A stretch of DNA of 64,000 nucleotides, from assembly GCA_035473115.1 (NCBI GenBank), contig DATION010000006.1, positions 64,521 to 128,520 of the forward strand, written 5' to 3'. How positions within the stretch are numbered: the first letter of the stretch is position 1; each line of letters begins with the position of its first letter. This DNA is from Candidatus Udaeobacter sp. GTDB taxonomy: Bacteria > Patescibacteriota > Patescibacteriia > Magasanikbacterales > GWA2-37-8. Below, one piece after another: positions 1-10,397 of this stretch. A model generated the notes under the pieces. That model did no database searches. It saw only the letters and a list, made by a program, of their open reading frames with translations, and was not told where the DNA came from. The position numbers and the translations under genes were made by a program.

Positions 1-318
1 ATCAGCAGTTTATCTGGCGGTGAACGCACTCTTACTTCAATTGCTTTGATCTGCGCTATTTTAAGTTATAATCCATCACCGTTTGTAGTTTTAGATGAAG
101 TTGAAGCGGCGCTTGATGAAGCCAACACTCGTCGGTTTGCCGAAATTGTTACCGAGCTTTCTTCGCAATCTCAATTTATTATTATTACTCACAATCGCGT
201 AACTATGCACGCGGCTGATGCTTTGTATGGAGTAGTAATGGGCAATGAAGGTATCTCTAAACTTTTGAGTGTTAAACTGGAAGAGGTGCCAAAATATACA
301 ACTGAAACTGAAGCTTAA
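1..318 (+). CDS. smc: Chromosome segregation SMC ATPase, C-terminal end (partial)
   Basis: Frame open from base 1: LSGGE signature, Walker [21 protein letters not shown] switch. Confidence 0.93.
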   Translation: MSSLSGGERTLTSIALICAILSYNPSPFVVLDEVEAALDEANTRRFAEIVTELSSQSQFIIITHNRVTMHAADALYGVVMGNEGISKLLSVKLEEVPKYTTETEA

Positions 319-438
319 GTTTAATTTTTAAAATTAAAAAAATGACTCAAGAGTTTGAGTTATTTTTTTATAAAACAAAAAGGGCGTTGGTACGCCCTAC
401 TAACCGCTTGCGCGGTTAGATTTTTAGAAAGGTGCTAT

Positions 439-2403
439 TTATGGAGAGATCCTCACGTCTCCTTTTTTCCCGATATGAATTGGGATTATTTCTTTGACCA
501 ACCGTTTCACTTGCGGTCCCAATCCAAAATACATATAGGCCGGAGCCGATATTTTCAGTATCAATGAGAACAGTCGTGCTGCCAATCTGAAGAAGGGATT
601 TTTTGCTTCATTGATAAAGAACTCTTCGCCTACGACCAGGTCGCCGTCACGATGGATGAATTGTGCTTCAACCTCTTTTCCCATCTCAGGCTCTCTCATG
701 TAGCCAAAGTTAGTAATGATTGATTTGATCACGCATCCATCTTTTTGGTAGAGGATTACCTTTTCTGTATGGTAATAACTCGGGTTATTGCTTCGCAAAA
801 CTGTCACAAAGGTAATTGCTTCCGGTACTTTCCCATGCCGTTCAATATGTAGTTGCAGAGTTAATGGCACCAGGTCTTCCAGTCTACGAACCGGATTTGA
901 TGTCAAGAAGAGCTGGTGGTTGCCGACTGATTTTTTTGAGCCAATCAGATCTGCAGCCATTTGGACAGTGAAACGCGGTCTCGTGCTTGTGCTGTAGCTG
1001 CTGGTGAAAGCCTTGAGCATCAAATTTTCTCTTCCCCATTGCCAAACGTACATAAGAGTAAAGAGACAAATTGCGATCAGAATTGGCACATAACCACCGT
1101 TCCAGAACTTCAATGTGTTGGCTCCGAAGAAAGCAAGGTCGACCGATGCGAACAAAATACAAATTGGCACAGCGACCTTTGGCTTCCAGTTCATGCGATC
1201 TATCGCTACCTGCATAAAGGCGATCGTTGTAATCGCCATTGTTCCAGTCACGGCAATACCATAGGCCGCAGCCAGAGCGCTGGATGTTTCAAATTTCTGG
1301 ACTAGTAAGATACAGCCGATGAACAGAGTCCAGTTGATGAAGGGGATATAGATCTGTCCTTCATGATCAGCGTTGGTATGCTTTATCTTGAGGCGTGGAA
1401 ATAATCCAAGTGAGATAGCTTGCCTTGTGAGAGAGAACGCGCCCGAAATCAAAGCCTGGCTGGCAATGACTGTCGCCGCAGTAGCCAGGATCACCATCGG
1501 GATTAGCAGGTCTTTTGGAACAATAGCGTAAAACAAGTTATTTCCGTTGTCGGCTGTTGCCGAGAGTAGATGAGCACCTTGTCCAAAGTAGTTCAGTAGA
1601 AGACTTGGGTATACAACCGCGAACCAAGCCGTACGAATTGGCTTGGCACCAAAGTGACCCATGTCAGCATAGAGCGCTTCACCGCCTGTAATGCATAGAA
1701 CAACACTTCCAAGAATGATCCAAGTATGGCTGCCATGGTTCACACAAAACTGAATTGCGTACCACGGATTAACAGCTTGAATAATTTCTGGGTGCTTCGT
1801 AATTTGCACCAGCCCAAGCCCACCAATAACTAGAAACCAAACAACCATCACTGGCTTGAACAGGTTGCCCACCCTATCAGTGCCCCAACGCTGGATAGCA
1901 AAGAGGCCAAATAGAGTGAGGTAGGTTAATGGGATGATATATGGATGGAAAGCTTTGCTTGAAACTTCCAAGCCTTCCCAAGCAGAAAGAACAGAAATCG
2001 CCGGCGTGATCATGCCGTCTGCATACAACAGGCAGGCACCGAGCACAATCAAACTGGGTAGAATTACCTTCACCCATTTGGAGGATCGTTTTGGAATTAC
2101 AGTTTTATCGCTACTGTTATTTCCGTTGCCATTCTTGAGCAAAGCTAGCAAGGCAAAGATTCCACCTTCACCTTTGTTGTCTGCGCGCATGACGAGGTAA
2201 ATGTATTTCATCGTCACGATGATTGCTAGAGCCCAAAAAAACAAGCTGAGCATGCCGAAAACATTCTCGGTACTTAGTTTTCCACCAAGCGAATTCTTAG
2301 TCTCGTTCAAGGCGTAGAGTGGCGACGTGCCGATATCCCCAAAGACAACCCCAACGGTCGCAAGAGTCATACCAACAAGATCGCTACCATGCTTCTTTGT
2401 CAT
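439..2403 (-). CDS. kup: KUP/HAK/KT potassium transporter
   Basis: GVVFGDIGTSPLY, GEGGIFAL, GGEALYADMGHF, GQIYIP and AAYGIAVTGTM motifs; ATG at 2403 preceded by AAAGGAAA (alternative GTG at 2457). Confidence 0.93.
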   Translation of the reverse strand: MTKKHGSDLVGMTLATVGVVFGDIGTSPLYALNETKNSLGGKLSTENVFGMLSLFFWALAIIVTMKYIYLVMRADNKGEGGIFALLALLKNGNGNNSSDKTVIPKRSSKWVKVILPSLIVLGACLLYADGMITPAISVLSAWEGLEVSSKAFHPYIIPLTYLTLFGLFAIQRWGTDRVGNLFKPVMVVWFLVIGGLGLVQITKHPEIIQAVNPWYAIQFCVNHGSHTWIILGSVVLCITGGEALYADMGHFGAKPIRTAWFAVVYPSLLLNYFGQGAHLLSATADNGNNLFYAIVPKDLLIPMVILATAATVIASQALISGAFSLTRQAISLGLFPRLKIKHTNADHEGQIYIPFINWTLFIGCILLVQKFETSSALAAAYGIAVTGTMAITTIAFMQVAIDRMNWKPKVAVPICILFASVDLAFFGANTLKFWNGGYVPILIAICLFTLMYVWQWGRENLMLKAFTSSYSTSTRPRFTVQMAADLIGSKKSVGNHQLFLTSNPVRRLEDLVPLTLQLHIERHGKVPEAITFVTVLRSNNPSYYHTEKVILYQKDGCVIKSIITNFGYMREPEMGKEVEAQFIHRDGDLVVGEEFFINEAKNPFFRLAARLFSLILKISAPAYMYFGLGPQVKRLVKEIIPIHIGKKGDVRISP

Positions 2404-2720
2404 TGTGTTTCCTTTGTACTGATTGTTTGTGCTTAGATTATCCGTATTATTTTTCACCCAACGAAAGGCAGGCTTCTCTTTCCCCCTCCTTTTTATTAGG
2501 AAGACAAAAAAGAACCTTTCCTTTGTTGTAGAAGTCTGTCTTGCAGTTAGGTGAATAATTGTCGAACAAACTAAGTATTTTGTTAATGAGCGCCGCCAAT
2601 CGGATATTTACCAAATAACCGATGCTATATTTTATATATGGTTATAGTAGTATGTCAGTACATTTAAAAATTTGCGCCATCCGGTTTTTTCGCGATAGGT
2701 TATTGTAGCAGTTATTTATG

Positions 2721-2749
2721 TTGACAAAATAGATTAAGTATAGTAAAAT
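2721..2749 (+). promoter_or_regulatory. sigma70 promoter of rpsP
   Basis: TTGACA-17 bp-TAAAAT. Confidence 0.75.
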
Positions 2750-2804
2750 GCCAAAGCTCTCGGAATCACAAAATTTATTTATCTTTTATCAATCACATTA
2801 ATTT

Positions 2805-3146
2805 ATGTTGACTATTCGTTTACAAAGATTAGGAAAAAAGAATGCTCCGACTTATCGTTTGGTTATCTCAGAAAAAGCTAGAGACACCCAAGGAAACAAT
2901 TTAGAAATTTTAGGCAGTTTTAATCCGCATTTGAAAGAAGGCGGTTTAGTGCCAAACATAGAGCGCATTAAATACTGGTTAGAAAAAGGCGCACAGACTT
3001 CAAATACCGTACATAACTTATTTTTGAAAGCCGGCATTATCGGCGGAGAAAAGAAAAAGAAATCAGTTTATATCTCTACAGACCGAGCTGCCAAATTGGC
3101 CGAAAAAGCCAAATCAGCCGCTCCAAAAGAAGAAGCTGCAGCTTAA
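2805..3146 (+). CDS. rpsP: 30S ribosomal protein bS16
   Basis: MLTIRLQRLGKKNAPTYRLV...LGSFNP...WLEKGAQTSNTV. Confidence 0.97.
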   Translation: MLTIRLQRLGKKNAPTYRLVISEKARDTQGNNLEILGSFNPHLKEGGLVPNIERIKYWLEKGAQTSNTVHNLFLKAGIIGGEKKKKSVYISTDRAAKLAEKAKSAAPKEEAAA

Positions 3147-3149
3147 TGT

Positions 3150-3178
3150 TTGACTGAGATTTTCAGATTTGATATTAT
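3150..3178 (+). promoter_or_regulatory. sigma70 promoter of khpA
   Basis: TTGACT-17 bp-TATTAT. Confidence 0.65.
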
Positions 3179-3343
3179 TGTAAGTAAGGAGCAGAACTGG
3201 TAGTCGCTTCAAGTGACAATGGTCGACAGTCTGCCAATTATAGAAAACAAAATGCGTATTTAGAAATGAAGTTTATAACTTTATTTAGACAAACAAAGCA
3301 AATATGAAAAAACATTTTCATATTTGATTCAATCTTAGAAATT

Positions 3344-3661
3344 ATGGAAGCAGATCAACAGTTTATCGAAATGTTAGTTAAAGCAATTGTTAACAACCCG
3401 GAAGATGTAAAAACAGAACGCACTATCGACGAAAGAGGAGTTTTAATAACTCTAACCGTTAATCCAGCTGATATGGGTTATGTGATTGGCCGCGAAGGTC
3501 AAACAGCTCGTTCTATGCGCACTTTGCTTAAGATCGTTGGTGCTAAGCACAACGCTCGCGTTAATTTAAAGATTAACGAACCAGCCGGCGGCCGAGCTCC
3601 TCGCCCAGCGCAAATGGATAACCAAATGGTTGATACTAGCGCAGTAGATTTGAACATCTAA
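3344..3661 (+). CDS. khpA: KH-domain RNA-binding protein KhpA (UPF0109)
   Basis: DMGYVIGREGQTARSMRTL KH motif; usual position after rpsP. Confidence 0.92.
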   Translation: MEADQQFIEMLVKAIVNNPEDVKTERTIDERGVLITLTVNPADMGYVIGREGQTARSMRTLLKIVGAKHNARVNLKINEPAGGRAPRPAQMDNQMVDTSAVDLNI

Positions 3662-3678
3662 TAAAATACAAATAAAAC

Positions 3679-3716
3679 TAAACCACTCTTGGGAAACTGA
3701 GGGTGGTTTTGTTTTT
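3679..3716 (+). terminator. Intrinsic terminator after khpA
   Basis: AAACCACTC/GAGGGTGGTTT stem followed by T-rich tract. Confidence 0.7.
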
Positions 3717-3719
3717 ACA

Positions 3720-3748
3720 TTGACAAAAACTAAGAAGTGTGCTATATT
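3720..3748 (+). promoter_or_regulatory. sigma70 promoter of the cupin-like orphan gene
   Basis: TTGACA-17 bp-TATATT with TG extension. Confidence 0.7.
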
Positions 3749-3839
3749 CAATGGTTGTTTTTATATTGGTTGGGCGAAAATTGAGGTTAGAAAAACTTTA
3801 GTTTTAGCCCAAACAATAACAACCGGGCGAAGGAACATC

Positions 3840-4301
3840 ATGGAGAAGCGTAAATTGAGTCCCGAAGAAGTTGCCTTCCTGGGCATGAGTACGAATCACG
3901 AGCAGATGCCAAATGCGGAGTATCGTCTCCGCCTCATGTGTGCGGATGGTAGTGGTTACATTCGCACCGTCGCTGGTCCCAAGGGTGAGTGGCAGAACAG
4001 CCACTACCACACGGGTGTCCGCGAGTTCATCGCTGTCCAGACCGGCTGGATAGCGATCGCTGAGTTCCGCGATGGCCAACTCGTCATCAGAGTGCTCAGC
4101 GCTGGTGCGTTCATTGTCTCCGAGCCGAACGTGCACCACAACGTGTACATGTCGGCGAGGACAGTCACTCATTGCGTGAAGTTTGGTGACACGGCGGCGG
4201 AGAAGGCCAGCGGCAAGGCCGACTGGCACGCGAGCCATGAGGTAGACAGGCTCACCAAGCACCTCCCCGAGGATGAAATCCTGTCAATCGCCGTGGAGTA
4301 G
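3840..4301 (+). CDS. Cupin-fold (RmlC-like) hypothetical protein
   Basis: WQNSHYH...E and EPNVHHNV cupin-like metal motifs; ATG at 3840 preceded by GAAGGAA; visibly GC-richer than flanks. Confidence 0.65.
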   Translation: MEKRKLSPEEVAFLGMSTNHEQMPNAEYRLRLMCADGSGYIRTVAGPKGEWQNSHYHTGVREFIAVQTGWIAIAEFRDGQLVIRVLSAGAFIVSEPNVHHNVYMSARTVTHCVKFGDTAAEKASGKADWHASHEVDRLTKHLPEDEILSIAVE

Positions 4302-4421
4302 TAGGTAGGTTTGGAATCATCCGAACCAACCTCATATTGTCCCGACCTGTCGCGCGTGCGGCGGGTCTGTGTTTTTTAAAAAACATATTGTATAATGATT
4401 AAGAAATAAAAGTTTTGTTAT

Positions 4422-5006
4422 ATGAATGAAAGTTTCAGCGGTTTTTATGGCTTAGTAATTTTGCCAGATGCGGTTACTGTTGAACGTGTTCGTTCGTTGG
4501 TTAAACAGTTGGCTCCAAAGGTTGAATTCCAAACAGAAATTCCTCATGTTACTTTGTTTCAAGGACAGATGAAAGACTTGCCTGTAGCAGAGGTAAAGAA
4601 ATTATTAAAAAAATTAGAAAGTTTGCGCGGTAAACAATTTAATTTAGATAAGTTAGAAATTTTTGCTGGGGAGTACCTTTTTTGGGATGTTAAAAATACC
4701 GTAGAATTACAAAAAGCTCATGAAGTAGCTCTAGATATGGTAAAGTATGTAAATCCAGACAGGCTTAAATTGGCACCACATGCGTCGCTAAATTTAACAG
4801 ACAAGCAAATGGAGAGTGTAAAAAAGTATGGCCATCCGCTTTCTGGGAGTGCATATTTACCGCATATTACTATAGCTGCTGATTCAAAATCGTTTTCTTT
4901 GCCAGCCGGGTTTACAGAATTGCCTGGTAGGTTTACAGTTGATTCAGTCCAGTTTAGCGAGATGGGTAAAAACGGCCGAGTGGAAAATTTAATTGAAATA
5001 AAATGA
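4422..5006 (+). CDS. 2H phosphoesterase (2'-5' RNA ligase-like) family protein
   Basis: Two HxT motifs: PHVTL and PHITI. Confidence 0.8.
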   Translation: MNESFSGFYGLVILPDAVTVERVRSLVKQLAPKVEFQTEIPHVTLFQGQMKDLPVAEVKKLLKKLESLRGKQFNLDKLEIFAGEYLFWDVKNTVELQKAHEVALDMVKYVNPDRLKLAPHASLNLTDKQMESVKKYGHPLSGSAYLPHITIAADSKSFSLPAGFTELPGRFTVDSVQFSEMGKNGRVENLIEIK

Positions 5007-5719
5007 AATTTAATATCCTGACAATCTTTCCTAATTTTTTTGAAAGCTTTAAAAATGAAGCTTTAATTTTACGCGCGCAGAAAAAGAAATTGATTTCTAT
5101 AACTACAAATAATTTGCGGGACTACGCCGAAGATAAGCGCGGCACAGTTGATGATCGGCCGTATGGAGGAGGGGCTGGTATGGTTTTAATGTTTATGCCG
5201 ATTTACAAAGCAGTGCAAAAAATAAAAGCTAAATTGAAAACCCCAAAGGGGTCCCTTCGGGATAAAAAGTCTAAGATTAAAGTAATTGTTTTTAATCCTA
5301 AAGGTAAAAAATTTACTCAAGAAATGGCTCGCGAGTGGTCTAAACTCGATCAATTAATTATGATTTGCGGTCGCTATGAAGGTATAGATGAACGAGTTAT
5401 GACTGAAGTGGCTGATGAAGAAATTTCTATTGGTGACTATGTTTTATTTGGCGGGGAAGTACCGGCGATGGTAATTATGGAAGCGGTCACGAGATTGTTG
5501 CCAGGTGCTATTGGCAAACAGGAATCTCTTAAAGACGAATCATTTAAAGATGCCGGAGAAATGGGTCAGGAACAATTAATTAAATTTATTGAATACCCGC
5601 ATTACACTCGGCCGGAAGTTGTGGTTGTAAAAAGAAAAAAAGTTAAAGTACCAGATGTTTTGCTTTCCGGTGATCATAAGAAAATCGAGGAGTGGAGGAG
5701 GCAAAATTCTCAGGGTTAA
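5003..5719 (+). CDS. trmD: tRNA (guanine-N1)-methyltransferase TrmD
   Basis: VDDRPYGGGAGMV, CGRYEGIDER, SIGDYVLFGGE, EYPHYTRP, VPDVLLSGDH; ATGA overlap with upstream gene. Confidence 0.98.
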   Translation: MKFNILTIFPNFFESFKNEALILRAQKKKLISITTNNLRDYAEDKRGTVDDRPYGGGAGMVLMFMPIYKAVQKIKAKLKTPKGSLRDKKSKIKVIVFNPKGKKFTQEMAREWSKLDQLIMICGRYEGIDERVMTEVADEEISIGDYVLFGGEVPAMVIMEAVTRLLPGAIGKQESLKDESFKDAGEMGQEQLIKFIEYPHYTRPEVVVVKRKKVKVPDVLLSGDHKKIEEWRRQNSQG

Positions 5720-5761
5720 AAAAGGCCAATTTTATCCCCAATTTACGCACAATCCAGGCTC

Positions 5762-5790
5762 TTGACGGAAATTTGGTCTTGTGTTAATAT
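5762..5790 (+). promoter_or_regulatory. 16S rRNA promoter
   Basis: TTGACG-17 bp-TAATAT ahead of a ~360-nt leader. Confidence 0.6.
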
Positions 5791-6001
5791 TTAGAAGCTA
5801 AAAACATAATAAATTTTTGCAAACCAAGTACCTCAAAATTAACGGTTCTCAAGTAAGTCCAAAAAGGAAACTACTTGCCTCGCTTAGCGAGGGGAAGAGA
5901 AAAGAGCAATCAAGATTTGATTTCTCTTTTTTCTTTCTAATCAGGTATTAGGAAGAAAAAAGTTTTCCAACAATTCAAAGATTGGAAAGGCACGTTGACA
6001 A

Positions 6002-6020
6002 CATAAATGTGACAAAGACC
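6002..6020 (+). other. 5' arm of the 16S processing stem (pairs with 7780-7798)
   Basis: CATAAATGTGACAAAGACC is the exact reverse complement of GGTCTTTGTCACATTTATG. Confidence 0.85.
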
Positions 6021-6150
6021 ACACTTCAAAATTAACTTCGGTTAATGGAGAAGTACCCAAGTCTATTCTAAAAAAACTCGAGTTATTTCGAGTATAAATA
6101 AAAAATAAATCTATAATGATAACTTGTTCAGATTGAACAAATATTAAACT

Positions 6151-7684
<1,534 letters not shown>

Positions 7685-7806
7685 GGAGATACTCAGTCGA
7701 AAGACTGTGAATTTCTGTCGAGCATACTGATTTATCAGTATTGCGCCTCAACTTCGGTTGAGGACTGAAAGGATAGACCGGTCTTTGTCACATTTATGAA
7801 GTCAAT

Positions 7807-7837
7807 GCAAAAAATTCGCTTATGGCGAATTTTTTGT
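7807..7837 (+). terminator. Terminator closing the stand-alone 16S transcription unit
   Basis: CAAAAAATTCGC-TTATG-GCGAATTTTTTG hairpin. Confidence 0.75.
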
Positions 7838-7887
7838 TGACTAAGTTTTATTTTACTATTATATTATTCGGTAGGAGGAACCAAAAA

Positions 7888-8064
7888 ATGCTTTTCAGGA
7901 TGAACCCTTTAAAAAACTCGAGATTGATATTGGCCATTTTGGAGAGGCTTCCCGGTCCAGTGATACTGTCATTGGTAGTTTTTCTGGAAGCCTTAGACAG
8001 AGGGCAAAGTATTTGTGCCGGAGTAAGAAGAGCCAAACAGGCTATGAGTTTGAAAAAAAAGTAG
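7888..8064 (+). CDS. Small hypothetical protein (58 aa)
   Basis: TTGACT-17-TATATT promoter (7837-7865) and AGGAGG at 7873-7878 before the ATG; no recognised homology. Confidence 0.5.
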   Translation: MLFRMNPLKNSRLILAILERLPGPVILSLVVFLEALDRGQSICAGVRRAKQAMSLKKK

Positions 8065-8224
8065 TTTTCACCTAGAGGTATAGTGAGTGAGAGTGATTGA
8101 TCATTTAGAAGTTGGTAGACCAAATTTGGCAGGTAGCGAGCATACTCCGCCAATTGTACGGCTTGGCAGAGGTAAAATGCCTACCTTCGTAGTCGCCCGA
8201 TCACGAGGCATAAATCGTGAAGTC

Positions 8225-8259
8225 ACAAAAACAATCTTAGTAAATAAGGTTGTTTTTGT
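8225..8259 (+). terminator. Intrinsic terminator
   Basis: ACAAAAACAATCTT/AAGGTTGTTTTTGT inverted repeat. Confidence 0.65.
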
Positions 8260-8341
8260 TTGAAAATAACAGCAAATCAGGCCTTGATTTTTTAAGGCAA
8301 TCTGTTATACTTGATTTTACTAAAAAAGTTTTGTATAATCA

Positions 8342-8415
8342 GGGCAATTAGCTCAGTTGGTTAGAGCGTTACATTGACATTGTAAAGGTCAGAGGTTCGA
8401 ATCCTCTATTGCCCA
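8342..8415 (+). tRNA. tRNA-Val(GAC)
   Basis: Cloverleaf; anticodon arm TTACA-TTGACAT-TGTAA; T-loop GGTTCGAATCC; CCA not encoded. Confidence 0.96.
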
Positions 8416-8566
8416 CTTATGGGTTCCCAAGAGCCTTTATAGCCATTTTATGGCAAGTTTACTTTATTAAGATTTAAATTTTCTTGCAAAATGAATATTC
8501 ATTATGATATGCTAAAGGCAAAATTAAACTAGCGTATTATAATATTAACGATATAATTATATTTAT

Positions 8567-9838
8567 ATGGAGAAAGGACTAATAACATCAACTCCAGAAT
8601 CCACCAAGGAAGAACCAGTTGAGACCGAGACTGAAGCTGAAGCTAAGGCTAAGGAGAGTGAAGAAAAAAAACCGGCTAAAGCCTCGGGAGTTAATAGAAT
8701 TTTGGGAAGAATGGAAATCGCTTATAACCAGTTTTGGGTGAATAGACATGAAAAAAAAGCTGTTCAGCTTAAAAATAAAATAGATGGCTCTGATTTAAAA
8801 ATCAGAGCGCTTGAGCAATCTAAGCAAGAAATAGCGTTGGCCATTGGAGATTTAAAAGCGCAGAATATTCCGGGCAGTGAAACATTAAAATTAAAAATCA
8901 AGGCTATAGATCAGGAAATAACTGGTTTTTCAAACACAAGAGATGCAGTCCAGAGTAAACTTGAAGAAAGAGAAAATAAAGCAAAATTATACACAAACAA
9001 GAGAGATAGAGTAGCCGACAAGCTCATTGGCCATTATGATGAAAAACTTGAGCCGATGGAAGAGGAATTAGAAAATCTACAGACCTGTAAAGATCAGGTA
9101 GATCTGGTTATGGCTGTAACGGAAGCAAAACACGGTGAGCAGTTAGAAAAACTAAATAACATTAAAAAAAGAAAAACACAATTAGAAAATGCTTTGCGCA
9201 CGACAGGGATGTCGGAAAAACAGGTTCAAAAATTTGAGGCAGTAAAAGCATTGACAGATCTTTTGGTCCAAGGACGTGAAAAGGTAAGGTTGGAGTGGGA
9301 TGATTTAATGCAAAGAAAAGCAAGAATAAATGAAAAAATTGCAGATGTTGATGCTAAAGCTAATCCTTATAGAGATAAGCGGGAAAAGTTTGCTAGAGTA
9401 AAGGCAGGAAGACCGGTTAGCATGGAAGTGGCAACAAGACAAAGAGTGTCTGAGTTTAAAGGCACAGAAGAAGCAACATCACACACCAGAACAGAAAGTT
9501 CCGAGGAAAAACCTTCCGGTGTATATGAAACATCTCCGATGGAAGCCAAAGTAGCAGAATCTATAGAAAAAGATAAAGAACGACGGACAGCCTCGGATTA
9601 TATTTCCGGTTGGAATACTTATCTTCAGAAAAAATACGGTGGCGACCTGCTGGCAACAGAGACAGTCAACTCAAAAGATTTTTTAAGTTCAACTCGTCTA
9701 TCGTCCGATTATAAACTGGACTTCAAAGATTTTAAAAATATTTTGACAAGGTATTACAAGCTCAAAAAGATGCCCGCAGATAAGCTGAATGCTGATATTG
9801 ATAAGTTCTTTGCCGACACAATAAAGGTCCAGAAATAA
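8567..9838 (+). CDS. Coiled-coil hypothetical protein
   Basis: 423-aa ORF, K/E-rich heptad pattern, no catalytic motif recognised. Confidence 0.8.
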   Translation: MEKGLITSTPESTKEEPVETETEAEAKAKESEEKKPAKASGVNRILGRMEIAYNQFWVNRHEKKAVQLKNKIDGSDLKIRALEQSKQEIALAIGDLKAQNIPGSETLKLKIKAIDQEITGFSNTRDAVQSKLEERENKAKLYTNKRDRVADKLIGHYDEKLEPMEEELENLQTCKDQVDLVMAVTEAKHGEQLEKLNNIKKRKTQLENALRTTGMSEKQVQKFEAVKALTDLLVQGREKVRLEWDDLMQRKARINEKIADVDAKANPYRDKREKFARVKAGRPVSMEVATRQRVSEFKGTEEATSHTRTESSEEKPSGVYETSPMEAKVAESIEKDKERRTASDYISGWNTYLQKKYGGDLLATETVNSKDFLSSTRLSSDYKLDFKDFKNILTRYYKLKKMPADKLNADIDKFFADTIKVQK

Positions 9839-9861
9839 TAAATTTATTTTGATTAAAAAAT

Positions 9862-10137
9862 ATGACAGCAGATCTAAATCAAGCAAATACTAAAAGTGCT
9901 CAAGGTGTGAATGCGCAGCTTAATGATTTGTTAAAAGATGCAAAAAACCTTAATCGAGAAATAGATAAAACTAATAGTGAAGCAAATAAAAATATTGATG
10001 GCATTGAAGCGGTAGTTGATAGATCGGTAAATAAAATCACACGGATTTATTCTGACTTGGACGCGATAGAAGAAAATGCCGGAGACGAACTCGACAAACT
10101 TGTGCTTCAACGCACGAAAGACTTGGCTGACGAGTAG
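9862..10137 (+). CDS. Small acidic helical hypothetical protein
   Basis: 91-aa ORF 23 bp after the previous gene. Confidence 0.7.
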   Translation: MTADLNQANTKSAQGVNAQLNDLLKDAKNLNREIDKTNSEANKNIDGIEAVVDRSVNKITRIYSDLDAIEENAGDELDKLVLQRTKDLADE

Positions 10138-10147
10138 ACTTAAAAGA

Positions 10148-10221
10148 GGGCATGTAGCTCAGATGGTTAGAGCGCGTCACTGATAATGACGAGGTCCCAA
10201 GTTCGATTCTTGGCATGCCCA
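10148..10221 (+). tRNA. tRNA-Ile(GAT)
   Basis: Cloverleaf; anticodon arm CGTCA-CTGATAA-TGACG; acceptor GGGCATG/CATGCCC. Confidence 0.96.
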
Positions 10222-10324
10222 CGACGCTCAGCGTCGTTTTTGGCATATTTAGCGTGCCACTACGATAATTTTTAAGACCTGTTTATGACATGGTTTATTG
10301 TTGTTCATTTTCAGCATAGACTAT

Positions 10325-10353
10325 TTGCCAAATATAAAAATTTAGTATATAAT
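10325..10353 (+). promoter_or_regulatory. sigma70 promoter of lepB-hisS
   Basis: TTGCCA-17 bp-TATAAT. Confidence 0.7.
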
Positions 10354-10397
10354 CCCATTTTAGATAGCTTTGAATTTTCAATAAAATAACTTATTTT

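Noticed and set aside
401-420. Integron attC-like TAAC...GTTAG hairpin after kup
   Set aside because: Far too short for an attC site and no integron integrase is present
2404-2700. c-di-AMP (ydaO) riboswitch upstream of kup
   Set aside because: Expected from context, but the conserved ydaO segments could not be found by eye; needs an Infernal scan
7980-8225. RNase P RNA, tmRNA or 6S RNA after the 16S
   Set aside because: No GAGGAAAGTCC/AGAACCCGGCTTA or tRNA-Ala-like ends, and the hairpin is too short for 6S; kept only as an unassigned structure
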